This document shows positions 12,947 to 25,541 of a stretch of DNA of 64,000 bases, one piece after another. How positions within the stretch are numbered: the first letter of the stretch is position 1; every line of letters begins with the position of its first letter. The position numbers were made by a program, and so were the translations under genes. A model generated the notes under the pieces. The model saw only the letters and a list, made by a program, of their open reading frames with translations. It was not told the DNA's origin and ran no database searches. The stretch comes from Macrostomum hystrix (lineage: Eukaryota; Animalia; Platyhelminthes), in contig CATNEN010000025.1 in the NCBI GenBank assembly GCA_950097015.1, positions 4,092,001-4,156,000 of the forward strand, in the 5' to 3' direction.

Positions 12947-12953
12947 CTGAAAA
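12947..12953 (-). promoter_or_regulatory. TTTTCAG 3' splice site 20 nt upstream of the RPS5-B ATG (candidate trans-splice acceptor)
   Basis: Minus strand reads ACATTTTCAG|TACAAGCCGTCACATTGACAATG. It lies only ~120 nt downstream of the AATAAA of RPS5-A (13072-13077). Confidence 0.55.
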
Positions 12954-13257
12954 TGTGTGCTCTTATTTATATAATGACCAGTTTCGCTATAAAATTATTA
13001 ATTTAAAACAATAGTTAAGTTTTGTCAACAATTAACTAAAAATAAGAAACAAGAACCAACATGTGATTTGCTTTATTTTCAATCCATTGAAGCGGCATCA
13101 CGCCCCGACGCAATCTGTGAAATCTTTTTACTTTTCTTTGAATAACAGATTCACAAACCAGAAAAACAATGACCACCCATTCACTGACAATACCAAAGCA
13201 AACTGCTTGATGAATGTTCATTCTACATCATTCTATGCCAATCTAATTGCTTAATAA

Positions 13258-14457
<1,200 letters not shown>

Positions 14458-14527
14458 TGTCTAGCTGGACTAGCAGTGCTGCAAAATTCAATTTGAAATT
14501 TTACATTGTACACTCAATAAATAAAAA

Positions 14528-14665
14528 CATAATATTTAACACCTGTTCAAATTGGGTCTGTGGTGCAACTAACAGCACAGAATCAGCTGTGTACGGCTGT
14601 TCAGTCCATGGACTTAGGAATGCCACACCCACCTTTAATTAACCCAGCTAATGCTTTTCATTTAG
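14528..14665 (-). mobile_element. Decayed 3' fragment of the CORE-type SINE family
   Basis: GTACGGCTGTTCAGTCCATGGACT and ACACCTG match the reverse copy at 38.6-38.7 kb and the 37.4-kb copy. Confidence 0.65.
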
Positions 14666-15538
14666 AAAAATGAAAACAAAAAATCACTTTTAATAGCAAT
14701 CGATATAATAAAACGAGTCAGAATAAGTATCTAAATATATTTCTATAGTTTTTTTAACCTAGTCTTAGCAGAGAGACAATGCCTAGATAACATTTAACTA
14801 TAGCTTTTGCTATTCAAATTTTTCACAAGTCTCTCCAGCATTTTCTACGCAAAAGTGTACCATGGAAAAAAGTGACTAAAAAAGAAGAAAGTTTTCTACA
14901 ACAGGTCGATAACATAAAAACTAGAAGCCAATAAAAGACAATGGAATTATTTAATAGTATCGCAAAGAAAAAAAGCTATGTGAAACTGAGATGCGATTCA
15001 GTGGCTGTGAAGCTGTCAAAAAAATCTTATAGAGCGTTACTTTTAACACATTTATGCCACAGCGGACATACTAAGGTAGCAGAAATCGCTGTGCCCTATA
15101 TAAAGCTGTATAAGCATGGTCAAGGGTCGAAAAAAGCTGTGAATTTCTAAACAATTTACGACACTTATAATGATTGATGCCTAGAATATAAAAAGGCAAC
15201 ACGGGGAGGTGAAAAGGAGGCTATATGTATATATTATGCATAATTCTTTCTGTTAACAATAAGGGGCATAGATCGGCTTTGAGACGAGATTTCAAACTAT
15301 GAAGACAGAACAGACGCTATTCAACCTGACAACACGAAAATGAGGGTTCACGCTAGTCGAAGATATCTTTAATTTGTGACCGAAACTGCGAGGACTTTTT
15401 AATAATACACTACTGAATAGTAGCGATCTAAAACAGGTACAACATAACATAAAATAAATGTAATAAAATTCGTTTGAATAAATGAGAGTTTCAATTCTGC
15501 CTTGTTTAACTAATTGGATAATTAATGAATGTCCGATT

Positions 15539-17608
15539 TTAATCCATAAATTTGCGATTCGGATTGGCGCCAAACAGGATGTGACGCAGCTCTGGCACCA
15601 TCTGCGAACTAATCTGCTCCAAGCGGCTTTCCAAATTGTTGCACACTTTAATCTTGCCGGCTCGGCCAATCACGTCAACGCCGCCAACGGAATCCGGGGG
15701 CAGATAATTCTGCTTGTCAATCATCAGTTTGATTGGTTTGCCAGTTTCGCGTTTGTAGCGCTCAGCGGCCGGACCCATCACGCGTTCAACAATCGGAATG
15801 TCGGCCTGACGACAACGGAGTACAGCTTCGGTCTCAAGAAGCTGGAATAGGCCCTGGGTGACTAGACCGTCCATTAGCTTGGTGTATCTGAGCGGGTTTA
15901 TTGATATTAAGAAACATGCTTAATATTATGACCGTTGATGTATGCTAATGAATGATAATGGCCCTAGTAAAGTTCTAGTAGCTGTGTTTACATTGCACAA
16001 CTCTAAATCAATATTTCGTCGATCGGGTCGACAACCAGATCCTTCAGTGTCTGACACTAATTCTCCCACCACAACCAGATCCTTCAGTGTCTGACACTAA
16101 TTCTACGACCACAACCAGATCCTTCAGTGTCTGACACTAATTCTACCACCACAACCAGATCCTTCAGTGTCTGACACTAATTCTACCACCACAACCAGAT
16201 CCTTCAGTGTCTGACATTGATTCTCCGACCACAACCAGATCCTTCAGTGTCTGACACTAATTCTACCACCACAACCAGATCCTTCAGTGTCTGACACTAA
16301 TTCTACCACCACAACCAGATCCTTCAGTGTCTGACACTAATTCTACCACCACAACCAGATCCTTCAGTGTCTGACACTAATTCTACCACCACAACCAGAT
16401 CCTTCAGTGTCTGACACTAATTCTACGACCACAACCAGATCCTTCAGTGTCTGACATTGATTCTCCGACCACAACCAGATCCTTCAGTGTCTGACACTAA
16501 TTCTACCACCACAACCAGATCCTTCAGTGTCTGACACTAATTCTACCACCACAACCAGATCCTTCAGTGTCTGACACTAATTCTACCACCACAACCAGAT
16601 CCTTCAGTGTCTGACACTAATTCTACCACCACAACCAGATCCTTCAGTGTCTGACACTAATTCTACGACCACAACCAGATCCTTCAGTGTCTGACACTAA
16701 TTCTACCACCACAACCAGATCCTTCAGTGTCTGACACTAATTCTACCACCACAACCAGATCCTTCAGTGTCTGACACTAATTCTACCACCACAACCAGAT
16801 CCTTCAGTGTCTGACACTAATTCTACCACCACAACCAGATCCTTCAGTGTCTGACACTAATTCTACCACCACAACCAGATCCTTCAGTGTCTGACACTAA
16901 TTCTACCACCACAACCAGATCCTTCAGTGTCTGACACTAATTCTACCACCACAACCAGATCCTTCAGTGTCTGACACTAATTCTACCACCACAACCAGAT
17001 CCTTCAGTGTCTGACACTAATTCTACCACCACAACCAGATCCTTCAGTGTCTGACACTAATTCTCCGACCACAACCAGATCCTTCAGTGTCTGACACTAA
17101 TTCTACCACCACAACCAGATCCTTCAGTGTCTGACACTAATTCTCCGACCACAACCAGATCCTTCAGTGTCTGACACTAATTCTCCCACCACAACCAGAT
17201 CCTTCAGTGTCTGACATTGTCGCAGTCGTTCCAACTATAATCCTTCAGATTCTGACAGTCTCCTTACTGGGCCTGATCCTTGACAATGTCCCTGAGACGC
17301 TGGGTAGTCTCAGTCAGCACATCTCGCAGATGCTGATCGCGAGCCTTCAGAACTTTCAGTCGGCCGTCATTCTTCATGTTGGAGTGCTGGATCTTCTTCT
17401 GCAATTCAATCTGCTTCTCTTTTTTGCCATAGAATTCCAGAATCTTTACTCGCTCCTGCTGCACTAAGCGAGACTTTTCAATATTGAATTCTTCCTCGGC
17501 CTTGTTATCAATCTCTTCCTTCTTCTCGTTGGCCTCCTGTTCGATAAAAGCCATCATCTGTTTAATCTGGCGCTCAACATCAGCATCGCTTAGGCCGCTT
17601 CCGGACAT
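15539..17608 (-). CDS. ATP6V1E1: V-type proton ATPase subunit E; exons 17608-17268 and 15887-15539, 229 aa
   Basis: [24 protein letters not shown]...EEEFNIEK and [10 protein letters not shown] match subunit E. A phase-2 intron (CA|GTAAGG ... CTCAG|A) restores [17 protein letters not shown]. Confidence 0.96.
16031..17217. repeat. 40-bp intronic minisatellite (CCTTCAGTGTCTGACACTAATTCTACCACCACAACCAGAT), ~30 units
   Basis: Exact period 40; fills the V-ATPase E intron. Confidence 0.97.
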
Positions 17609-17699
17609 TTTTTATTCAGATAAGAGTTTCAAGCTGAAAATAATAAAAAAGTAATGAAAAATTTGTCTAGCTTTGTAAAACGGAGTCCGTATGCACTAT

Positions 17700-18080
17700 T
17701 AAATATCAGGTCTTTGTGTACTAGTAGACACTAGAGGCCTTGCGTTGAATCAGGAACTGGGGTCTTTGTCTACCATTAGGAACTAGAGTCTTTGTTTACT
17801 CTGAATCATGAGAACCTGGGGTCTTTATGTACTTAAAAAACTAGCGGCTTTTGTCTTTGCCTATTATTTGAAACACGGATCATTGTGTACTCTGGCATGA
17901 TGAGAACCTGTGGTCTCTGGGTATTTACAGAACTGAGGTCTTTCTTTACTATTAGGGACTGTGTCGTTGTCTACTATTAGGAGCTGGGGTCTTTGTTGTC
18001 TATTATTAGAAACTGGGTCTTTGTTGTCTATTTTTAGAAACGGTGGTCTTTGTTGTCTACTATTAGAAATTGGGGTCTTA
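17700..18080. repeat. Highly degenerate ~27-bp repeat (GGTCTTTGTTGTCTACTATTAGAAACT-like)
   Basis: Recurrent GGTCTTTGT and CTATTAG motifs between RPS26 and V-ATPase E. Confidence 0.6.
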
Positions 18081-18405
18081 GTCTAATCTGTTAATGTGCA
18101 AATTTATCTGATGTCTGAATTAATGTGATATTTTAGCCACATTATGAATGTGGCTAGCTGCCAGACTACTGCCTAAGGGAAATTAGATAAATTATACATA
18201 AATGGACCAAGTTAAAAATGATTAAGGACAAAAGGCAACACTTTCATCCATAACGCAGCGCCGACAACAGTGTCGAGTTACAGCTGCACGCTAGGTTTAT
18301 TTGTGCTAATCTCTAAGCACCTCATCAACTTAGCTTTAGCTAGTCAAATCGCATCTTTAACTTCAAAATCCGAAATTATTTAGCCAGACAGGGCGACTCT
18401 AAAAT

Positions 18406-18849
18406 TTAGCGCGGTCCCTGGGGTCGGCCGCCGAAGCCGCCGCCGCCGCCGCCGCCAGCGGCACCCTGCGGTCCTCCGCGGCCGCCTCCGGGGGCGCCAG
18501 GTCCACCGCCGGCGTGCTGATCCGGCCGGTTGGGTCCCCCGAACCTAGGCGGCGGGGTGCGATCCTTGCGAGCCTCGTGAGACCGATTACGCACCACCTT
18601 GGAGTGGATGGCGCAGCTAACGCAGTACTGCAGCTTGGCGTACAGCTTCGGCAGGGCGTAGGTGTTGGCCTCGTAAACGGAGTTCTCGTTGATGTCGCGC
18701 ACAGCGGCAGCTTCAACAATGTTGCGGATGATAAACTTTTTAATAGACTTGTCCTTCGGCGTGCAACGGCCGCAGTTGGTGCAGCGAACGAAGCGAACGT
18801 GACCGCGGCCCTTCTTGCTACGTCCGTGATTGCGACGCTTAACAGTCAT
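18406..18849 (-). CDS. RPS26: 40S ribosomal protein S26 (eS26), intronless CDS, 147 aa with a Gly-rich C-terminal extension
   Basis: [29 protein letters not shown]...[41 protein letters not shown] acceptor lies ~19 nt upstream of the ATG. Confidence 0.97.
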   Translation of the reverse strand: MTVKRRNHGRSKKGRGHVRFVRCTNCGRCTPKDKSIKKFIIRNIVEAAAVRDINENSVYEANTYALPKLYAKLQYCVSCAIHSKVVRNRSHEARKDRTPPPRFGGPNRPDQHAGGGPGAPGGGRGGPQGAAGGGGGGGFGGRPQGPR

Positions 18850-20269
18850 GCTTTATCGGCGCTGCTGGCTGAAAAACATACATGTATAAAAATGTACAAA
18901 AAACTTGCCACACTATTTTTCTTTCACACAGTGCTTCTTTCAAATGCATGCTTATTATACAAAGCTTTTGCAGTTTTTAAAACATTTTCATAATGTAATA
19001 GAAGGAAAATAGCTAAGCTAAAGTACATATTTACATAAATTATGTCACACAAAACTTTTTAAACTAGAACCTAGACAATGTAAGAATAGCTTGCATGTTA
19101 TATAAATTATATACATTGAAGTAATCAGTTACCATACCATAATAATGGAGTTTCACACCTTAAACAATAGGGAGACTCTAATCAAACTTCCCATGATGCA
19201 TATCTGAATCAATATAAACAAAAAACCTTACACTTTTCTCTAGAAACTTTGTGGCCCACAAACTGATTCCACAAAATCCTATCTCCTTGTCTCCTATCTC
19301 TAGGCTGGTCCATTTCTTAGCCACTAGTAATTCAATAAATTTTCAATACATTTCCAGGGTCTAAATGTTGACAAAAATAATTTCCTGGTCTGTGGTACTA
19401 GCTTCCAACCCACACTGATGAGACCTTAGATTAAAAAATAGGAAAACAAACTCCTGTGATACACCAGATTCATAGTGTATGCCATACTCGGTGTGCAACA
19501 ATAAATATGGGCCTGTTTAGCTTGTAAATCCAAAAGTTAAAAATTAAGGGCTAAAATCTAAACCAGTATAAGAGCAAAGTTCAAGATTGTAATATTTATG
19601 GTTTATAATACCACAGCTGTCTTATGAGCATTGTTAGTTTTATTGCATTAAACTACAAAATAATATTATTTCAATTAAAATTCGAATGCTCTTACTATTG
19701 ATGCAGATGTTGTATTTATATTTTGTTTGTGCCAAATTAGTTCCTTTGTCATCAGACATTGGTCTGCTGAAAAATATATAGACATCTTTGAACATTTAAT
19801 GTTTTTTATAAAAATGTAGAACAAGTGGATACCTCTGAAACATACTGAGCATAGCATTTTTCTATCCCAATGCAACTTACTTTTGTTGTATTAGCAAAGC
19901 ATAAGACTTTTTACTTCTTCTTATTTTACTATAAGAAAAATAGTAATTATACAAATCATGTGACCTCTCTAGCTATATACTAGACCTAAAACAATGGTTC
20001 TAAGTATTATAAACTTGAACACTTATCAAGACATCTGAGATGGTGATCCTAAGTATGTTAATGGATAGACAACCATTCTACAAGCTTATAGACATTAATA
20101 ATTTTGTAGTTTTGACTCAATAACAGAATTAGTTAATGGGTTCGTCTATATTGTCATTACCAATTACCAATTATCTAAAATTTGTGGGCAATTTACTGAA
20201 TAATAGTCAAATCTATCTGGCAACTTGCATTACACTACAAGCTTTAAGAGTACTTTTTATGGATACTAC

Positions 20270-22330
20270 ACAGATAAAAACCTAAAAACCACATTATTTC
20301 ATTAGACTATAAATGATTATGAATAAGAGACCCAAAGACAAGTACCAAGAAAAAATAGGCTTTATACCTAACAAGTAGTTAAAGTAGGTATAGAGCATTA
20401 CTGAATATGAGAGATTAAATTTAAGCTATCGAGCATAGAACACTCAAGAGATCTTTCCACTGAGCTCAAACAGATAGGAAAGCTATCTCTCCAGAGTCTA
20501 GTGTTCCATGCAGATAGTCTAGTCATTATTCCCACAGTACCAGTGTGAATAGTATGGTCATTATTTCAATGATACCATGGGGATAAGCACTGCCATAAAG
20601 AAATTAGCCTTAGATTAGAATTTAGATTGCAGATTATATAAATCTCAGTAAAGTTGGCAAACTCCTAGTTTGCTGCATTAAATTATTTTTACACTTAAAT
20701 CCTTTTAAAAGTTAAAATAGCGAGTGTGAAAGTTAAAATGACAGAGTTAAAAGTTTTAAAAGGATGTAGTCAACAATCAATAGTAACTAATACCAGTGAG
20801 GGATTGTGGGCACAAGTGAAAGACAAGTTCCGGAGAATGCATGGCACAAGTGACACTATTCGAGAGTCACTCACCTGAATGAGTATCTCTGGCGCCACCT
20901 CTTCCAGGAGATGTTTGGCAAATTCCTCTACTAGGTTGCCCATTACTATTGATTGTCTGACTACATCCTTTTAAAACTTTTAACTCTGTCATTTTAACTT
21001 CCATGCATGCCATTTTAACTTTTAAAAGGTTTTAAGTGTAAAAATACTTTAACGCAGCAAACTAGGAGTTTGCCATATAGTAATACATAATACTAGGTAT
21101 TCATTGATATCATTTTCAGGAAAAAAATAGTTTAATTAAAATAGTATAACTATTTTTTACATCCTTTTCATATACAACTAGGCCTCGCAAGCTAGCCAAG
21201 CAAAAAGTATGACTTATCAATTAGGCCCCTAACTGAGTTTTTAGAATACAAGTAAGTCAATGGCAATAAAAATAACTTAAACAATCACCAAAATGCAACT
21301 AGTCACAGATCGTATTCACCAGTGATTCAAAGAAAACTTATGCACATTAGGCTATTAACTTTTTCATTAAATATTCGTATTCGGTTAATTCATTTGGACT
21401 ACCAAGGCAGTACAACTATATTTCTTTAATATTATAATTTCTATTGTTTCGTTTATAAAAAATCCATGAACGAAGCAATAATGTATTACTAAGGATTAAA
21501 CCAATCTACAAATCTAGTAGCTACCTCGCTCACTGCTGAACAATGACGACTTAGCATTGTTCTGGTTTAACTTAAAGAACGCACTTCTTTGCCTGGTAAT
21601 AGTTGTTTTGATAACTAAACTGGTGCGTCGGCTCGAATTATTTTCTAAAATCAGAACTTTATTTAAAATGCTTAAAAGTTAAACAACAATTTAACTATGT
21701 CTTATAATCGGTAAATAGATGCGTTATTATTTTATGTTGGGTTACAATCTGTGGCTTTTAATGTATTTTTATGTACATGTAGAAAAATTATTTTGTTTTT
21801 TTGAAAAAAGAGCTTTCTATGTAGTAGCGTTTCTTTTAAAATTACACACACGCAGCTAGGCTTTTTATTTGCCGATTTTAGAACAATGAGAATAGTATAA
21901 TTGAATTAGTTCTGGAATTCTCGGAAATCATAAAGTAAAACTTCTTACCATAGCATATGAGTTGAAACATGCCCATCATTTGCCGGCTTTCTGCTAAATT
22001 CCTAGTTATCGTTTTTAAGTACTATCTTATGTTTTTGTTTACTACTACGTTCAGTGCCTCGTTTTAAAGGCGTTCCAAAGTATTACTGCTTTATTTACCA
22101 GAATTCCAAAAAATGTTTTGGAATCGGCAAAATGTAACACCTCGCAGCATTACAGGCTTGCAAACTCGTGCAGAATTTTCTTACCACTGAAATGTGAGTT
22201 GTAATCTAATTGATGCATACATTTTAACACACTATGTGGATACATGGGCTCGATGGATACAGATAGTGGATACAAATTCTACAAGCCTTCTTCAAGAACC
22301 ACTATGGTATAACTGCACCGCATATTACAG
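20270..22330 (+). pseudogene. Possible heavily decayed L1/Tx1-type LINE ORF2 remnant, interrupted by a MITE
   Basis: Broken motifs IISLDYK and EKIGFIP (~20290-20370) resemble the RT motifs ISLLNxDYK and DQxGFIP. LLQEPLWYN (~22290-22310) resembles the Tx1 C-terminal PLWxN. Order, strand and spacing are right once the 421-bp MITE is removed. Confidence 0.35.
20655..21075. mobile_element. 421-bp MITE with ~130-bp terminal inverted repeats
   Basis: TGGCAAACTCCTAGTTTGCTGC... vs ...GCAGCAAACTAGGAGTTTGCCA, with matching inner arms (GACAGAGTTAAAAGTTTTAAAAGGATGTAGTCA / TGACTACATCCTTTTAAAACTTTTAACTCTGTC). No clear TSD. Confidence 0.9.
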
Positions 22331-22741
22331 TGGTCCTTGGCCTTCTTACATTAACAAGAATCAAATGACCACTTCGTACACACAGCACAGCCGTTAAGAA
22401 AAGCGAAAAGCCATAGCCAAAATCATCAGGACTATTCGAAAATAATCCAGTCATCTACGTGTGTTATAGCTTGCAGTGCAGTGATTGTACTATTTTATAC
22501 ATCTAATACTTTTGGCCTTACGTGATGTGATGTTAGGCCCGTTTTCTATAATTTCTTAAGATCAAAAGCTGCTAGCAAATGAAAGTGATTCAAGCTTTTA
22601 TTCAAGAAAAGTCATATTCCACACTCACCAGGTGTTAATTATCTACAAGCAAATAAAACATGTAACACAAATAGAGCACACGCACACTCCTCTCGAAAGT
22701 AGGTATGAGACAGTAAATAAAATAATGGGTAAACAATACAT

Positions 22742-24178
22742 TTAAAGCTCTGACTTCTCGTCATCAACAAAAAGGAGTCCCTTAGCATGAAAGGCATTCG
22801 CTGCTCGAACGAACGCACGCACTTCTAAGTCCATCAGATCGGGCAACTCAAGAGCAGCAAAGTGACCGCCACGATCGAAGTCGGCGAAGTGCAGCAGATT
22901 CGGATTTGTGACGCGAACGAAGCGCTCCGGCACTCGCGAGAGCTCGTACGCGAGGCTGGTGACGCCATACGGTACCTTTGATGGCATAGACTGGTAGGCA
23001 GATGTGGCCTCCATATCATTGCCAAATGACTCCTTGTAAAGACGCATGGATGATGTAATGCAGCCAGTGGTCCAATAGATCATAACATTTGTTAGCAGCT
23101 CGTCCAGAGTGAAGGCAGCCTTGGGACCAATCAAATTACCGTTCGACACGAACCTATTTTCCGGCAATGTCCACACGCTGAACTTCTCAACAATGTAGGC
23201 CGCCAGACCCACTGGCGAGTCAGACAGGGCGTGTCCTACTGAGTCAGGTCGCGTAGAGTGCAGATGCATGTGGCCTGATTCGCGGATGGTGTTGCCCAGC
23301 TTCTCCAGAAAGGGGAAGAGCTTGTCGCTGTCAAGCTTGTTAAAAAGGATACAAACTGGCAGGAACGATCCCAAGATCGTCTGCAACACGATTGACGGCT
23401 GCCGGACTGGCTGAGCGGGCATGTTTGTATGGAAGCCGAGCACTTGCTCTGGAAACACTCTCGGCATCACATGTCCGATAACACTGCCGAAATCACCAGC
23501 TTGGATATAGTACTTCTGGAAGCCCAACCGGAGCATGAGCTTATTGAACACTCGAGCACAGGCTGCAGCATTGAAGCCGCGTCTCTTCGGAGCTTCAGAC
23601 CACGCATATCCTGGAATCGATGGAGCGACGACCTCGAACGCCATTCCGTCCTCATCAGGAGTGGTCAGCAGAGGCAGCAGCTTATAAAACTCGAACACTG
23701 ATCCTGGCCAACCATGTAGAATCAGCAGCGGTACAACCTTCTTTGCATTACGAGACGGCTTCACATGCATGAAGTGCACTCTCAGTCCTTCGATCTTGGT
23801 GAAAAAATTCGGAAAGTTGTTCTGTCGATCTTCCCAAAGTCGCCAGTCATATTGCTTGAGCCAGTGAGACACCAGCTGCTTCATGAAGTCACCATTGAAG
23901 CCGTACTCGAAGCCGGAGTCCTGGATTGGCTCGACATACTTGAATGCTCGCAAGCGTGACTTCAGATCTTCAAGAGTTGCATTGCTGACGGTCAGCCGTG
24001 CGGCTTCTACGGCTTCGCTATCGCTGCTCGCTGCAGCATCGGTTGAGGCGCCCCAGTTGACGGTATCAGGCAGGGCTGGCTTCTCCGGAGCTGCGAGATT
24101 GTCCAGGCAGCCGAGACCAGCCAGCAGCACGAGTGTGACACTGCCGAGACAGACCAGAGGCAGCAGCGTGCGGCACAT
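22742..24178 (-). CDS. EPHX1: Microsomal epoxide hydrolase (EPHX1/JHEH family), variant paralog, intronless, 478 aa
   Basis: N-terminal anchor, HGWPGS, nucleophile motif QAGDFGS, SMRLYKE, acid Glu (AYEL) and GGHFAALE His. Confidence 0.93.
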   Translation of the reverse strand: MCRTLLPLVCLGSVTLVLLAGLGCLDNLAAPEKPALPDTVNWGASTDAAASSDSEAVEAARLTVSNATLEDLKSRLRAFKYVEPIQDSGFEYGFNGDFMKQLVSHWLKQYDWRLWEDRQNNFPNFFTKIEGLRVHFMHVKPSRNAKKVVPLLILHGWPGSVFEFYKLLPLLTTPDEDGMAFEVVAPSIPGYAWSEAPKRRGFNAAACARVFNKLMLRLGFQKYYIQAGDFGSVIGHVMPRVFPEQVLGFHTNMPAQPVRQPSIVLQTILGSFLPVCILFNKLDSDKLFPFLEKLGNTIRESGHMHLHSTRPDSVGHALSDSPVGLAAYIVEKFSVWTLPENRFVSNGNLIGPKAAFTLDELLTNVMIYWTTGCITSSMRLYKESFGNDMEATSAYQSMPSKVPYGVTSLAYELSRVPERFVRVTNPNLLHFADFDRGGHFAALELPDLMDLEVRAFVRAANAFHAKGLLFVDDEKSEL

Positions 24179-25541
24179 GCTTGCTTTTTCTTTCGTAAGC
24201 TACTTTACGCTTGTTGAGGATAATCTTGTTGAATTGCTAAACACGCATTTTGATTTGTAAAAGGTTATAACAAATGCTTTAGTTGCTGTTCCTGCACTTG
24301 CTATGGCGCAGTGGTGTTCAGGGGTGATTTTTATAGTTGCTTAAAAACGCATTGAGTCTAAGGACTCTAAGTTTTCGTAGCGTGTCCCGGTTTTCATGTG
24401 GTTTATTGTGCCTTGTTCAGTCAGCGAAAACACGATTGTACATTCTTTTTTATTTCCATTCATTCGAACATTACACAATGTACACTAAAAATGAGTCATT
24501 CGATAGCAGTGTGGGGGAGCCTTGTTAACCGCAGCCCATAATTATCACAACCTGCATGAATTGACCAATTGAATTGGTTGGATGTGTGCACCCGCTAGCT
24601 AATTGGCGAATTATTTCAGTCCATATTTCTAGACTATCTAGGAATTTCTTAGAGGAAAATTTCCAGACTGTGTTCCAGTGGCTCCACTATTGGCGTGCAA
24701 GGAGGTGCTGGGTCGGATACGTCAAAGGGAAATTGTACTCTTTTCGGCATTTATAATGATTTAGCAACAATTTTGTAAGCTCTGTGCTTTTACAGATTTG
24801 ACAAGTGCTATAATTTATAGTAGTCTTTGATCCATAGGCATTAAATATATTTAAAGAAAATAATTGATTGGGAACAACGTATTTGAAATGGACAAGTTGT
24901 TTTCAATGTCAAGTTTTAGATTGAAATGCAAATTCCCAGTTCAAATTCCTCAACCTGGCACGATAGCCAATAGCCAATAACACCTTGACTTATTGTGCGA
25001 TATTCCTCTCGTGGACTCCCGCCAAGTAGTCAGTGTGGGTCCATGCATCTGTCTAGTCGTATACTCGTAGTTTTACCCGTCAAGTTCACAGCCCTGGTGC
25101 CACTGGTTTTTTAAAGGCCCAGTCTAAGTGACTAAAAAACTCAAAAGGTTTTCTGGAAACTCCGAAAACCAGACGTGTAAATTTTATTGGCTACCATTAT
25201 TTTTCCTTTTTCCTTTCGATATGCAATGCTACCATTTATCTTCAAACCTGTACATTCATTTCAGAAAGAGTATGCGGCCAGGAAAACTGTCAAAGAGTAC
25301 ACTCACTTGCACAGCCACTGAAACACCTTGCTAAACGAAAAAGCTAGTGTACATATCAGGATAAAGGCACAAGCGAAGAGATAAAAGTTTAACAACGCTA
25401 ATTAAAGTTGAGAGGAAAAATAAAAGACAGTTTGTGGGTAGAAAAACAAGAAACAAGTAAGTTTGCCAGACGGAGTTTGTTATCAAGCTCTTAGGTCGCA
25501 AAATTCTCAAGGAATCGGACAGCTTTGGCTCAGTAACAAGC

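Noticed and set aside
18514-18993. Antisense or alternative-frame ORFs over real genes (also 11990-12322, 23883-24260, 25331-25837, 30714-31265, 40361-40906, 48516-48978, 52366-53103)
   Set aside because: They are shadows of GC-rich coding sequence, with no recognisable domains.
19410-19450. CTGATGAG...GAAA hammerhead-like core
   Set aside because: Stem II is incomplete and not correctly followed by GAAA, and there are no convincing stems I or III.
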